The notes under the pieces are model-generated. The model worked only from the letters and a program-made list of their open reading frames with translations, was not told where the DNA came from and did no database searches. Shown here one piece after another: positions 47,601 to 60,060 of a stretch of DNA of 64,000 nucleotides; the stretch's first letter is position 1, and every line of letters starts with the position of its first letter. The stretch lies in contig NIVC01001178.1 in assembly GCA_002269645.1 (NCBI GenBank), positions 280,003-344,002 of the forward strand. Direction: 5' to 3'. This stretch comes from Macrostomum lignano (Eukaryota). The translations under genes were made by a program, and so were the position numbers.

Positions 47601-50600
47601 TGCCTATCCGTCGGTTAATAACCCGAGCCAATTAACTCACCTGCACCTGATGAGCCTGTTGCGAAATGGCTACAGCGGACCGCATCAATCTGCGGCAGCG
47701 AAATTTAATGATCACTTGGATTCAGGTGTTTTGCCGCTGCGATGTCAATTTTGAGTTTCATTAAGTAGAGAATTTGATTCATTATCCCCAGGTGTTACTT
47801 TTATTCATGATTACTGTTTTATGCAAAATTGTGAATTTTTTACAACTTCCAGTTGCGTCTCTCTCCACCCTCTCACTTCTGTCACTCTCCACCCCTCAGC
47901 TCTGTTCTGTCACTCTCCACCCTCTCACTTCTGTCACTCTCCACCCCTCAGCTCTGTTCTGTCACTCTCCACCCTCTCACTTCTGTCACTCTCCACCCCT
48001 CAGCTCTGTTCTGTCACTCTCCACCCTCTCACTTCTGTCACTCTCCACCCCTCAGCTCTGTTCTGTCACTCTCCACCCTCTCACTTCTGTCACTCTCCAC
48101 CCCTCAGCTCTGTTCTGTCACTCTCCACCCTCTCACTTCTGTCACTCTCCACCCCTCAGCTCTGTTCTGTCACTCTCCACCCTCTCACTTCTGTCACTCT
48201 CCACCCCTCAGCTCTGTTCTGTCACTCTCCACCCTCTCACTTCTGTCACTCTCCACCCCTCAGCTCTGTTCTGTCACTCTCCACCCCCTCAGTTCTGTCA
48301 CTCTCCACCCCCTCAGCTCTGTTCTGTCACTCTCCACCCCCTCAGTTCTGTCACTCTCCACCCCCTCAGCTCTGTTCTGTCACTCTCCACCCCTCAGTTC
48401 TGTCACTCTCCACCCCCTCAGTTCTATCACTCTCCACCCCCTCAGTTCTGCCACTCTCCACCCCCTCAGCTCTGTCACTCTCCGCCCCCTCAGTTCTGTC
48501 ACTCTCCACCCCCTCAGTTCTGTCACTCTCCACCCCCTCAGTTCTGTCACTCTCCCCCCTCTCAGTTCTGTCACTCTCCACCCCCTCAATACTGTCACTC
48601 TCCATACTCTCACTTCCGTCACTCCCCATACTCTCACTTCCGTCACTCCCCATACTCTCATTTCCGTCACTCCCCATACTCTCACTTCCGTCACTCCCCA
48701 TACTCTCACTTCCGTCACTCCCCATACTCTCACTTCCGTCACTCCCCATACTCTCACTTCCGTCACTCCCCATACTCTCACTTCCGTCACTCCCCATACT
48801 CTCACTTCCGTCACTCCCCATACTCTCACTTCCGTCACTCCCCATACTCTCACTTCTTTCACTCTCTCCCTCATTCCGTCACGCTCTCCCTCATCCTATC
48901 ACTATCCCTCATTACGTCACTCTCCTTTATTCCGTCACTCTCCTTCATTCCGTCACTCTCTCCCAAATTTCCGTCACTCTCTCCACACTCCGTCACTCTC
49001 TCCCTCATTCCGTCACTCTTTTCATGGTTTTAAAAATGATTTTAACAAAGGTAAGTAATGTTAAATTATTTTCAGCTTTCACTATAGCCAACTAATTAGA
49101 TTTTTACTCCCCGATACTCTTATTTGAAATCTATTGATTTGCATCCTTTAAATCATCATTGAGTAAAAACACAGTAAATGAATTTGAATATCTTGACTCT
49201 ACTCTTGCCTACTAACTAAGTAGACAAATAAGCATCTGTAGCTAATATTGTATTTTATATTAACATTCTATTAGCTCGTATATTGATTATTGATTTGCGT
49301 TTTTTTAAATACTCCAACAGGTCACCCGTTCTATTCCGGCGGCAACGGCAACGTAGCCACAGGCGGGAGTATGGCTGACGCAGCTGAGAGCGAATATTCT
49401 CCGCATATTCTGCAGCTGTTCGACCTTCTAGTGACCTACGCTATTTATCACCCGTCTGTTGGCTACGCCCAGGGTTAGAAAAGAGTTTGTTACTCTGCTA
49501 GGGATTGAGTCTGTCACTCTGCTAGGGATTGAGTCTGTCACTCTGCTAGGGATTGAGTCTGTCACTCTTCTAGGGATTGAGTCTGTCACTCTCCTAGGGA
49601 TTGAGTCTGTCACTCTCCTAGGGATTGAGTCTTTCACTTCTAGGGATTGAGTCAGTCACTCCTCGAGTCTGTCACTCTTCTTGAGTCGGTCACTATTCTT
49701 GAATCTGTCACTCTTAGGGATTAATTAGGGAGTCTGTCACACTCTTTTTAGGCTTGAGTGAGTTCACCCCTTCTATGGTCAAATCTGTCACTCAATCTTC
49801 CTAATAAAACTTGTCACCCCGCTGGCCTCAGGCTAGATAAATCATTTCTACAGCTGTACAATCACACAATTACTCCTCGTTGACGTTCCCGCAGGTATGA
49901 GCGACTTGGCAAGCCCTCTACTAGTGGTGCAGAAAGACGAGGCCTACGCGTACATCTGTTTCTGCGCCCTGATGTGCCGAACCAAGGACAATTTCCGACG
50001 CGAGTCAACAGCTATGCTGACCAAGTTCCAGCACCTTCACGACCTCATCGTGCACATGGACGCGGAACTGGCGGCGTTCCTTCGCTGCCACGGCTTGGCC
50101 GATATGTTCTTCACGCATCGCTGGCTGCTGTTGGAAATGAAGCGCGAATTTCAATTCGATGACACTCTAAGAATGCTGGAGGTTCAATGGGCTGGGCTGC
50201 CGCACCTGTTCACCTTTCCCAAGAGTGCCGATGGTGTACCGCTGCAGGAGGATGCCTGCATCGGTGTGGCTTCTCCAGCCTCCGCCAGCACCAGCGCCGC
50301 GGCCGCCGTGTCTCCGCCGTCGCCGAAGGACACTCCCTACCTCCGACTGCAGTCCATGCTGAGACAGTCTCGCGAGGAAGCCTCAGCTCTTGCTTCTAGT
50401 GGCGCCTCGGCCACGGCCGCCGTGGTGCTGAAAGACGGCGTCGTTGAGCTGCCACCGCCCGAGGTTCTGGGCTGCGGCAACCCCTTCCTGCTGTTCATGT
50501 GCGCCAGCATGCTACAGGAGCATCGTGACCGGGTGATGCGTTCCTGTCACGATATGTGCGAGATTGTCATGCACTTTAATCGGCTGATTCGGAGTCACAA

Positions 50601-50718
50601 TCTTGGCGCAATTCTTAATCGAGCCAGACAGATGTACACCGAGTACATGGAGGCCCAGGATGACAAGTTTTCTTTGGCTTTAACTAGCGGAGCTCAGTTG
50701 GCTGGGTCATCTAATTGA
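35604..50718 (+). CDS. TBC1D25: TBC1 domain family member 25 (Rab-GAP with LIR motif), 7 core exons plus one candidate cassette exon
   Basis: Exons 35604-35654, 36475-36584, 37694-37842, [38218-38307], 39071-39588, 40087-40285, 49321-49473, 49895-50718; phases match; REVVHVKVK, FSIDPGIT, LSDWDL, DWDII (LIR), KDVIRTDR, YAQGMSDLASP, RWLLLEMKREF, GNPFLLF. Confidence 0.93.
36251..36380. mobile_element. Small MITE-like element in TBC1D25 intron 1
   Basis: Inverted ends TAGCCAAGAT / ATCTTGGCTA with internal G/C runs. Confidence 0.45.
36640..37620. repeat. 27-36-bp minisatellite (GGGATTTGAATCCCATCTGTCAGAGTT...) in TBC1D25 intron 2
   Basis: Visible directly; quasi-palindromic core. Confidence 0.95.
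38765..39040. repeat. Degenerate ~38-bp repeat (GCCGATATGTATCGAA...TACTTTAGCGTA) in TBC1D25 intron
   Basis: About 7 copies. Confidence 0.8.
39715..40000. repeat. Degenerate repeat (TGGCACCAATTTAAATTTC) in TBC1D25 intron
   Basis: Recurrent motif. Confidence 0.7.
40480..40740. repeat. CT-rich low-complexity repeat
   Basis: Visible directly. Confidence 0.9.
41620..47090. repeat. 5.5-kb 23-bp minisatellite (AGAGCCACCATGTCAAACATTAA) with higher-order duplications
   Basis: Period 23 nt; marker block caataaagggacaccatgtcagacattaaaaaaaaccc recurs near 42771, 43391, 44101, 44991, 45701, 46921. Confidence 0.98.
47190..47400. repeat. 18-bp repeat (ATCTGGGGGATGCTTGCT)
   Basis: Visible directly. Confidence 0.9.
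47860..49020. repeat. CT-rich minisatellite with successive unit types
   Basis: ~52-bp dimeric unit, then 24-bp CTCTCCACCCCCTCAGTTCTGTCA, then 24-bp CTCCCCATACTCTCACTTCCGTCA. Confidence 0.95.
49490..49720. repeat. 24-bp repeat (CTAGGGATTGAGTCTGTCACTCTG) in last TBC1D25 intron
   Basis: Visible directly. Confidence 0.9.
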
Positions 50719-50854
50719 TGCTTGACACTATTTTCTTTTAAGTCTATCACTTTGTCTGAGAGAAATGGTCGATTTTTCAAGTTCCAAAATAATAATGATT
50801 TTCTTTTGTTTGTTCAGAAGTTTCAGTTGTGATATGAGTTTTTGTTTGTATGCA

Positions 50855-51340
50855 TTGCTGATAATAACCTAATAAAATAGTCTTATCTGTCTTATCTAGC
50901 GTACGCTGTCTAAAAATAGCAACACTGTTTTCATTCTCTAGTCAGCGTCCGCTGTGTCTATAAATAGCAAGTGTTTTCATTTTTTAGTCAGCGTACCCGT
51001 GTCTAAAAAAGGTTATCAAAGATTTTGCTGATAATAACCTAACAAAATAGTCTTATCTGTCTTATCTAGCGTACGCTGTCTAAAAATAGCAACACTGTTT
51101 TCATTCTCTAGTCAGCGTACGCTGTGTCTAAAAATAGCAAGTGTTTTCATTTTTTAGTCATCGTACCCGTGTCTCAAAATAACATCAGTGTCATTATCTG
51201 GCCAGCGTACGATGTGTCTAAAAATAGCAACAGTGTTTTGATTATTTAATCAGCATACGCTGTCTAAAAATAGCAACAGTGTCATTATCTCACCAGCGTA
51301 CGAGCGTATGCTGTGTCTAAAAATAGCAACATCGTACGCT
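50855..51340. repeat. Degenerate ~55-bp repeat with a ~170-bp duplication downstream of TBC1D25
   Basis: agcgtacgctgtgtctaaaaatagcaac recurs; block near 50855 repeated near 51025. Confidence 0.75.
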
Positions 51341-52154
51341 ATACGTTTAAAAATAGTGACAGCGTTATTAACTGACGCTGTTAAGAACTGCTAACTGAGC
51401 TTTTAAATTGTGATTTAGCTTGTAAATAGAAATGACTGATTTATCAGTTGGAAAAAGGGTCACTGATATAAATATGATAAATTTATTTTTTTTTGAATTC
51501 AATAATAAATCATTTGTTCTTTTGATTCATGATTTCTTTAGAATGGAGTGAATTTTTTTGTCTTAAATAGGTTTTTAACTTGAGACTTTTTTGATCATCA
51601 GGTTATTATATCTGCTTATCTCGCTCTTTATTGATTATTATTATTTAACCTTTAGTTATTATTATTATTCAATTGGGTGATGGCCAGCATTTACATTGAG
51701 TCGCAATATTATAATTATATTTAACTGACTATTACAATTATATTGTCGACTTCTTGTCATGCCCTTGCTTATCAGATCAAATTAAAATGTTTGGTAATTA
51801 TTTACGTATTGATAATGATTAATTGCATCAATATAGCAGGTTATCAAAGATTTTGAAACACTGCGCAAACTTTCCTAACTGGCTGATTTGCTATTTTGAC
51901 ATAAATAAAAGTGACTTATAATCACTTCATTCACATTCTTTCCCGCGTTATTACTTATTGCTACTTATATTAATATTATCCTGCAATGCTACTGTATGCC
52001 TTGGTTCCTGTCCATTCCAATTGACAGTTTTTTTGTTCAGACAAAATATACCGATATGCCATGCTGCATTCTGCATTAGAAGTCCTGCAAATTCCCGTTT
52101 ATCGAATAAGTTACTTGCTGACTGCTGCTATCTGCTCTGCTTTTTATGGTCCAT

Positions 52155-53028
52155 GATGCTCCCAGATCCTCAGTTGCTGGGCCAGCCTCCCAGATCCTCA
52201 GTTGCTGGGCCAGCCTCCCAGATCCTCAGTTGCTGGGCCAGCCTTCAAGATCCTCAGTTGCTGGGCCAGCCTCCCAGATCCTCAGTTGCTGGGCCAGCCT
52301 CCCAGATCCTCAGTTGCTGGGCCAGCCTCCCAGATCCTCAGTTGCTGGGCCAGCCTTCAAGATCCTCAGTTGCTGGGCCAGCCTCCCAGATCCTCAGTTG
52401 CTGGGCCAGCCTCCCAGATCCTCAGTTGCTGGGTCAGCCTCCCAGAGTGTCAGTTGCTGGGCCAGCCTCCCAGAGTGTCAGTTGCTGGGCCAGCCTCCCA
52501 GATCCTCAGTTGCTGGGCCAGCCTCCCAGATCCTTCGTTGCTGGACCAGCTTCCCAGATCCTCAGTTGCTGGGCCAGCCTTCAAGATTCTCAGTTGCTGG
52601 ACCAGCCTCCCAGATCCTCAGTTGCTGGGCCAGCCTCCCAGATCCCCAGTTGCTGGGCCAGCTTCCCAGATCCTCGGTTGCTGGGCCAGCCTCCCAGATC
52701 CTCAGTTGCTGGGCCAGCCTCCCAGATCCTCAGTTGCTGGGCCAGCCTTCAAGATCCTCAGTTGCTGGGCCAGCCTCCCAGATCCTCAGTTGCTGGGCCA
52801 GCCTCCCAGATCCTCAGTTGCTGGGTCAGCCTCCCAGAGTGTCAGTTGCTGGGCCAGCCTCCCAGATCCTCAGTTGCTGGGCCAGCCTCCCAGATCCTTC
52901 GTTGCTGGACCAGCTTCCAGATCCTCAGTTGCTGGGCCAGCCTTCAAGATTCTCAGTTGCTGGACCAGCCTCCCAGATCCTCATTTGCTGGGCCAGCCTC
53001 CCAGATCCTCAGTTGCTGGGCCAGCCTT
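52155..53028. repeat. 28-bp GC-rich minisatellite (CCCAGATCCTCAGTTGCTGGGCCAGCCT)
   Basis: Visible directly; 28-aa translated period equals 3 units. Confidence 0.97.
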
Positions 53029-53360
53029 ATGTGATTCTGCCTTTTTACCAGATATTTTAAATTTTATGTTTCCATATACTAAAAATTGGAATCTAAAATA
53101 GCCACTTTTTGCCATAGAAGTTGTCAGAAGTCAACTTTTGTGCAAACTAAAATAACAATAAATTTAGCACTGACAAAAAATAAATTTCTGTTGCAAAAGC
53201 TCAGTTAGTGAGACACTAAAGACATACAAAGTATATTAAACAACCTGTAAGCCATTCAACAGACTCCGTCATCCAATTCTGGCTAGTACATTATTTCAAC
53301 ATCGAACAAATTAATTTGTGTCTGTAAATAACCGAACGCAGACGAGAGATTTTCAGAAGC

Positions 53361-56300
53361 ATGTCAAAGTTTAACGTTGACAAGATAACAGTTAGTCAGA
53401 CCCAGTGCTTTTTTGATAACAAAACTGGTACGAAAGTGTATGAGAAGCCGAGTCTGATGCAGTATGAAAGTCAGCACTTTAAGTGCAAAGCGATTATTGA
53501 GTTGGAGGAGTGCGTTGCCGACCGGAACTGGACAATCGGACTCATTCAGGTGAGATTCGAATTTTGTGATAATAAGTTACAGGTAATTGCGTGTCTGATT
53601 ATTACCGTGTCTAACAGGTTTGATGGTGATGATTCCCGTGTCTAACAGGTGTAATGATTCCCGTGTCTAACAGGTGTAATGATTCCCGTGTCTAACAGGT
53701 TTGATGGTGATGATTCCCGTGTCTAACAGGTTTGATGGTGATGATTCCCGTGTCTAACAGGTTTGATGGTGATGATTCCCGTGTCTAACAGGTTTGATGG
53801 TGATGATTCCCGTGTCTAACAGTTTGATGGTGATGATTCCCGTGTCTAACAGGTTTGATGGTGATGATTCCCGTGTCCAACAGGTTTGATGGTGATGATT
53901 CCCGTGTCTAACAGGTTTGATGGTAATGATTCCCGTGTCTAACAGTTTGATGGTGATGATTCCCGTGTCTAACAGGTTTGATGGTGATGATTCCCGTGTC
54001 TAACAGGTTTGATGGTGATGATTCCCGTGTCTAACAGGTTTGATGGTGATGATTCCCGTGTCTAACAGGTTTGATGGTGATGATTCCCGTGTCTTACAGG
54101 TTTGATGGTGATGATTCTCGTGTCTGACAGGTTTGATGGTGATGATTCCCGTGTCTAACAGTTTGATGGTGATGATTCCCGTGTCTAACAGTTTGATGGT
54201 GATGATTCCCGTGTCTAACAGGTTTGATGGTGATGATTCCCGTGTCTAACAGTTTGATGGTGATGATTCCCGTGTCTAACAGGTTTGATGGTGATTCCCG
54301 TGTCTAACAAGTTTGATGGTGATTCCCGTGTCTAACAGGTTTGATGGTGATTCCCGTGTCTAACAGGTTTGATGGTGATTCCCGTGTCTAACAGGTTTGA
54401 TGATTCGCGTCTGAAGGCTGCCTACGGCTGTTCAGTCCAAGGACTGGGGGGTCGCCAAACACTCTCAATTACCCCAGCTAATGCTGGCACCCATTTTACA
54501 GCTGGGTGAACTGAAGCAATGCAGAGTTAAGTGTCCTGCCTAAAGACACAGATTGTTGTTCCTAGTGGGTTAAGAATCGAACCCCTGACCTTTCAGTCGT
54601 GAGTCTGATGCCCTAACCACTAGGCTAGAACCCCGTGTCTAACCCCCTGTGTTATGTTACATTATTACTCAAGTAATGTGGGAGAAGTAGACTGAAGATT
54701 TTTCCTTCTATATTTATCCAGTTTTGTACTTTTACACTCCATCAGTGACAGAAGCTTCAGTGTGTCTAGCCGATTGATAAATTCTAACACTTGCAACCCG
54801 CCCGCAGGCCTGCGACAGCATGTACCTGGAGAACCGCTACGGCCGGCACGGCAGCTCATTCTGGGAGTTTCATCCCATCAAGTCCGGCCGGCACCGGATG
54901 GTGAACGACAGCGACGGCCGGCAGTATCCTTTCTACAGCGTCACCTCCAGCAAGTGCGAGGTCACCCGGGGAGCCGTACACAACTGCGTAGTGAAGCTGC
55001 AGTACGCCGATCACTTCTATCCCACCGTGGTCTGGGAGCTGCCCTACTGCGGCGGGGCCAAGCTTACTGAGGTTATTCGCAGACAGGACTTCTGGATCTG
55101 GCTGGTGAGATCCTGGATGCCGGCGCATTACATCTCTCACCTCATATCTCACCCCATATCTCACCCTATATCTCACCCCATCTCTCACCCACTCTCTCAC
55201 GCCATCTCTCACCCCATCTCTCACCCACTCTCTCACGCCATCTCTCACCCCATCTCTCACCCACTCTCTCAGGCCATCTTTCACCCCATCTCTCACCCAC
55301 TCTCTCACGCCATCTCTCACCCCATCTCTCACCCACTCTCTCAGGCCATCTTTCACCCCATCTCTCACCTGATGTCTCAACGCTTATCTCTCACCCATCT
55401 CTCACTCCATCTCTCATTTCATATCTCACCTTATCTCTCACCCATCTCTCACTCCATCTCTCATTTCATATCTCACCTTATCTCTCACCCATCTCTCACT
55501 CCATCTCTCATTTCATATCTCACGCCATCTCTCACCCCCTCTCATCCCATTTCGGACTCCATCTTTCACCTCATCTCTCACCCCATATCTCATCCAGTCT
55601 CTCATTCCATCTCTCATCCCATCTCTCATCCCAACTCTCATCCCATCTCTCATCCCAACTCTCATCCCATCTCTCATCCCAACTTTCATCCCATCTCTCA
55701 TCCCAACTCTCATCCCAACTCTCATCCCATCTCTCATCCCAACTCTCATCCCATCTCTCATCCCAACTCTCATCCCATCTCTCATCCCAACTCTCATCCC
55801 ATCTCTCATCCCAACTCTCATCCCATCTCTCATTCCATCTCTCATCCCAACTCTCATCCCATCTCTCATTCCATCTCTCATCCCAACTCTCATCCCATCT
55901 CTCATTCCATCTCTCATCCCAACTCTCATCACATCTCTCATTTCATATCTCATCTTGTCTCCCACCCCATTTCTCACTCCATCTCCCACCCCATCTCCCA
56001 TTCAAAAATCTTATCGGATATCTCATTAATAGCTCCCGATCAAACATCCCATAGCACATCCCACCCCACAGGTGGCCGTGAGGCGCGCCGGCCACTACAA
56101 CCGAGGCAACGACGTGTTCCACGTTGGCAAAGACGAGTTGTACATCCTGCGCAGCATGCGCTGGCACTACTGCCTGCACATGCGGTTCGACCCAGATGAA
56201 CGCGTCGGCAACCGCCTGCGCTCGGTGGCTGACCGTCAAGTCGAAGAGCCGAGCATCCTGTTGCACTCTGACGAGCCGGTGCCCCTGTCGGCTGTGCACC

Positions 56301-56767
56301 CGCCTCACTGCAACGCTGCCCAGTCGCTAATCTGGTATCCCAGAGTGCGCACCGGACACCACAAACCCGAACTGCTGGTGCCGCCTCGGCAGGCCATCGT
56401 GCCCTGGGACCGCTGGTCCGCAGAGATGCTGCCCGGACTGTCGCCTCGGCCGCAGCGGCCCCGAGAGCTGCGCGTCTGTCCGCTGTGGTCCAAGGACTCC
56501 GACATCGGCGTGGCGCCCGCAAAGGTTCAGCAGCCGCTGCCATCATCGGAGACATCGCCAGCCGCTCTGGCGGAGAACCCCCTGGCCGAACGTCTGCTTC
56601 GAGCTCACAAGAAGCGATGGCAATTCTTGAAAGGCGACGGTTTCGCTGGCAACAGTCGGGCAAAGAGTAAATTGTTGCTCAACTCCACAGATTCTTCCGG
56701 GTTGGCCATGTCCATCAAGCAGGCGGCTGCTGCTGCGGCGGCTGCTGCCGCTGCTTCCGTTGTCTGA
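53361..56767 (+). CDS. FAM78: FAM78-family protein, 3 exons, ~393 aa
   Basis: Exons 53361-53549, 54808-55104, 56072-56767, all phase 0; NWTIGLIQAC, SFWEF, NDSDGRQYPFY, DHFYPTVVWELP, RRQDFWIWLVA, MRW, EPSIL, CNAAQSLIWYP, LLVPP match FAM78A/B as recalled. Confidence 0.88.
53615..54400. repeat. 31-bp minisatellite (GATTCCCGTGTCTAACAGGTTTGATGGTGAT) in FAM78 intron 1
   Basis: Visible directly. Confidence 0.97.
54408..54634 (-). mobile_element. Best-preserved tRNA-derived SINE with CORE-like central domain
   Basis: Minus strand: A-box TAGCCTAGTGG, B-box GGTTCGATTC, then TGTGTCTTTAGGCAGGACACTTAACTCTGCATTGCTTCAGTTCACCCAGCTGTAAAATGGG. Confidence 0.85.
55130..56000. repeat. 12-bp CT-rich repeat (CCATCTCTCATC variants) in FAM78 intron 2
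   Basis: Visible directly. Confidence 0.95.
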
Positions 56768-57169
56768 AGATGCTTCTGGGCCCAGGATGGACAGACGATT
56801 TTTGGTGCATCATTTTTTTTCTCAAGCTGAAGCAAAAAATAAGTTTCAATTGTTTGCTTCGTTCAATTTTATTTGCTGCATTTTTTCTTGAATAAGTAAT
56901 GGAAAACTGCTTTAAATGCTTGTTTTGCTGCGTCAGCTTTCACCGAAAGATATATATGTAATCATATTTTCCCGTTTAAATATTGACCATCAGCAAGTCA
57001 AACAGATTTGACCCTCTACTTGGGTTTGGGCCAAAATGTTCCGGTCTGATCTACAACTGATGGACTGGCGTGTTGCTTTCTCTGCGATTTTGTCTCCTCT
57101 TGTTTCTCTCCTTCCAGAGCAGTTCTTCAACTTTCATCCGCCTGCTCCTGCCCTCTGCCCGCTCTCCGC

Positions 57170-57790
57170 TCCCTGGTCTCTCCCTCTTCCTCCTTCTCTC
57201 CTCTCCCATCTCCTCTTAATCTCTCTCTCCTTCCTTGCTCCCCCTCTCCCTCTCCCCCCTACTCTCCCTCTTCCTCTCCCCCTCCTTCTCTCCCTTTCCC
57301 CTCTCCCCTCCTTCTCTCCCTCTCCCTTCTCCCCTCCTTCTCTCCCTCTCCCTTCTCCCCTCCTTCTCTCCCTCTCCCTTCTCCCCTCCTTCTCTTCCTC
57401 TCCTTTCCTTCTCTCCCTCTCCCCTCCTTCTCTCCCTCTCCCTTCTCCCCTCCTTCTCTCCCTCTCCCTTCTCCCCTCCTTCTCTCCCTCTCCCTTCTCC
57501 CCTCCTTCTCTCCCTCTCCCTTCTCCCCTCCTTCTCTTCCTCTCCTTTCCTTCTCTCCCTCTCCCCTCCTTCTCTCCCTCTCCCTCTCCCCCTCCTTCTC
57601 TCCCTCTCCCTTCTCCCCTCCTTCTCTCCCTCTCCCTTCTCCCCTCCTTCTCTTCCTCTCCTTTCCTTCTCTCCCTCTCCCCTCCTTCTCTCCCTCTCCC
57701 CTCTCCCCCTCCTTTTCTCCCTCTCCTTCCCCCCTATCCCCTTTTTCCCTCTCTACCTCCCCCTCTCTCTCTCTCTCTCTACCTACCTAC
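57170..57790. repeat. Polypyrimidine low-complexity repeat
   Basis: Visible directly. Confidence 0.95.
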
Positions 57791-58574
57791 CTATCTCCAT
57801 CTTTTTCATTCACGAGTATACAACCTTTTTGCACTCATTCACCCCGCATCAGATCCAAGACGCCGATCAACTACAACGAGACGGCGCCTCCTGTATTTAA
57901 AGACATTTAATTTTTAATAATAATAAAGTCTGTAAAATGGCTGTAATAATGAATCACTTGCAGAGAGAGTTACACTGGGCAACTCGCAAGTGAAGCTTCC
58001 TTCTGTTCATTGTGAATTACAGAAGCAGCAAGCAGCAACCCCACTCCCACTCGCTAAACAATGACTCGGCATAATGGCAGGAACCAGTTTCGGGTGCGCG
58101 AAACCCGGCGCAAAACCCGGCACACAAGACAGTCGGGGATTAAGCGGCCGGGGGGTTGTACGACAGACACAGACTGGGAAGTATAGGGCATGGCAATATA
58201 AATTTGAACAAACACGCACACAAAGCTTTTATAACTTTCTAACTCCAGATGCTAGCTATAATTAAAAGTCCCTGAACTATAGGAATCCATTTATAACCCA
58301 ACCCCCTCCACCTTTGCTGGTTTTGTGCCTGCACGCAGTTCCCTCTGGCCGATTGGGTCGGGATCCGTTTCACTGTACTCAGAAGTGAGTATGCATGTAT
58401 AACCGCGTATGAAACGCTCGATACTTTTTCAATTTTTTTTCGCAATGAGGCCAACTAACTGAAAGTCGCATTTTAACAATTTGGTAAGTCTTGAATTCTT
58501 ATAACAATTATAATTGTCTTTTCAAAAATTTAAACATAGTGCAGAAAAATACATTTCGGTAAGAGCGGAACATG

Positions 58575-59255
58575 AATCTGATGGCGCCAAAATGAATCTG
58601 ACGGCGCCAAAATGAATCTGATGGCGCCAAAACGAATCAGATGGCGCCAAAATGAATTAGAATGGCGCCAAAATGAATCTGACGGCGCCAAAATGAATCT
58701 GATGGCGCCAAAACGAATCAGATGGCGCCAAAATGAATTAGAATGGCGCCAAAACGAATCAGATGGCGCCAAAATGAATCTGATGGCGCCAAAATGAATC
58801 TGAGGGCGCCAAAATGAATCTGATGGCGCCAAAACGAATCAGATGGCGCCAAAATGAATTAGAATGGCGCCAAAATGAATCAGATGGCGCCAAAATGAAT
58901 CAGATGGCGCCAAACTGAATCTGATGGCGCCAAACTGAATCTGATGGCGCCAAAATGACTCTGATGGCGCCAAAACGAATCTGATGGCGCCAAAATGAAT
59001 TAGATAGCGCCAAAATGAATCAGATGGCGCCAAAAAAATCAGATGGCGCCAGAACTAATTAGAGACGCGCCAAAATGAATCTGATGCCGCCAAAATGAAT
59101 CAGATAGCGTCAAACTGAATCTGATGGCGTCAAAAACAATCCGATGGCGCCAGAACTAATAAGAAAGGCGTCAAAATGAAATCTGATGGCGCCAAAATGA
59201 ATCAGATGGCGCCAAAACGAATTAGAATGGCGTCAAAATGAGTTTAAGGCGCCAA
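58575..59255. repeat. 20-bp minisatellite (GATGGCGCCAAAATGAATCT)
   Basis: Visible directly. Confidence 0.95.
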
Positions 59256-59738
59256 AAACATGTCTTAGGTAGTGGTGATTAAGAAAGCATTGACTCACCA
59301 GCATGCATAATCTACTCTCTACAGATTTAAACTCTCACCGTATCCCCTGTCTGCGCTGTAGAAATACGAATAAAGAAGTTAACACGCTAAGTAAACAGCA
59401 AGCCATGCACAGATTTGCGTTTTCGTCCTTTCGATCAAAAAATCTGTTCTAACAATCTGCTCCAGTCCCAGTGTTTCACAGTTCCTGCAGCTGCGACCGC
59501 TTATTCTAGATTAGCTGAGTTCGGGTGAGTCAACACTTACAGCTGAGTGGCTTTTGGACTGCAATAAGCTCTCTGCAGTACAGTTCTAGGCACCGGATGT
59601 TGGGCAGTCCCAGCAGTGCTTACGAGTTAACTGCCAAAATTGCCGACTAGAATGCAGAATTTTATTTTATGTGAAACCGCTTGATAGGAATGAAAAAAAT
59701 ATTGTCGGGTTTTGTGGTTAAAATTTTGGATACGGACC

Positions 59739-59741
<3 letters not shown>

Positions 59742-59800
<59 letters not shown>

Positions 59801-59932
59801 CTTCTGTCCTTCTGTCTGTCTGTCTGTTCTGTCTGTCTGTCTGTCTGTCCTTCTGTCTGTCTGTCTGTCTGTCTGTCTGTCCTTCTGTCCTTCTGTCTGT
59901 CTGTCTGTTCTGTCTGTCTGTCTGTCTGTCCT

Positions 59933-59993
<61 letters not shown>

Positions 59994-59994
59994 G

Positions 59995-60047
<53 letters not shown>

Positions 60048-60060
60048 GCCTGTCTATCTG
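59742..60060. repeat. (TCTG)n microsatellite
   Basis: Visible directly. Confidence 0.97.

Noticed and set aside
47774-49095. 400-aa Ser/Pro/His-rich ORFs
   Set aside because: Stop-free CT-rich minisatellite inside TBC1D25 intron 6.
51958-53101. ~300-360-aa ORFs in all three frames
   Set aside because: 28-bp minisatellite; openness in every frame indicates a repeat artefact.
57840-57900. Peptide resembling an LTR-retrotransposon pol tail
   Set aside because: Too short and without any supporting upstream domain.
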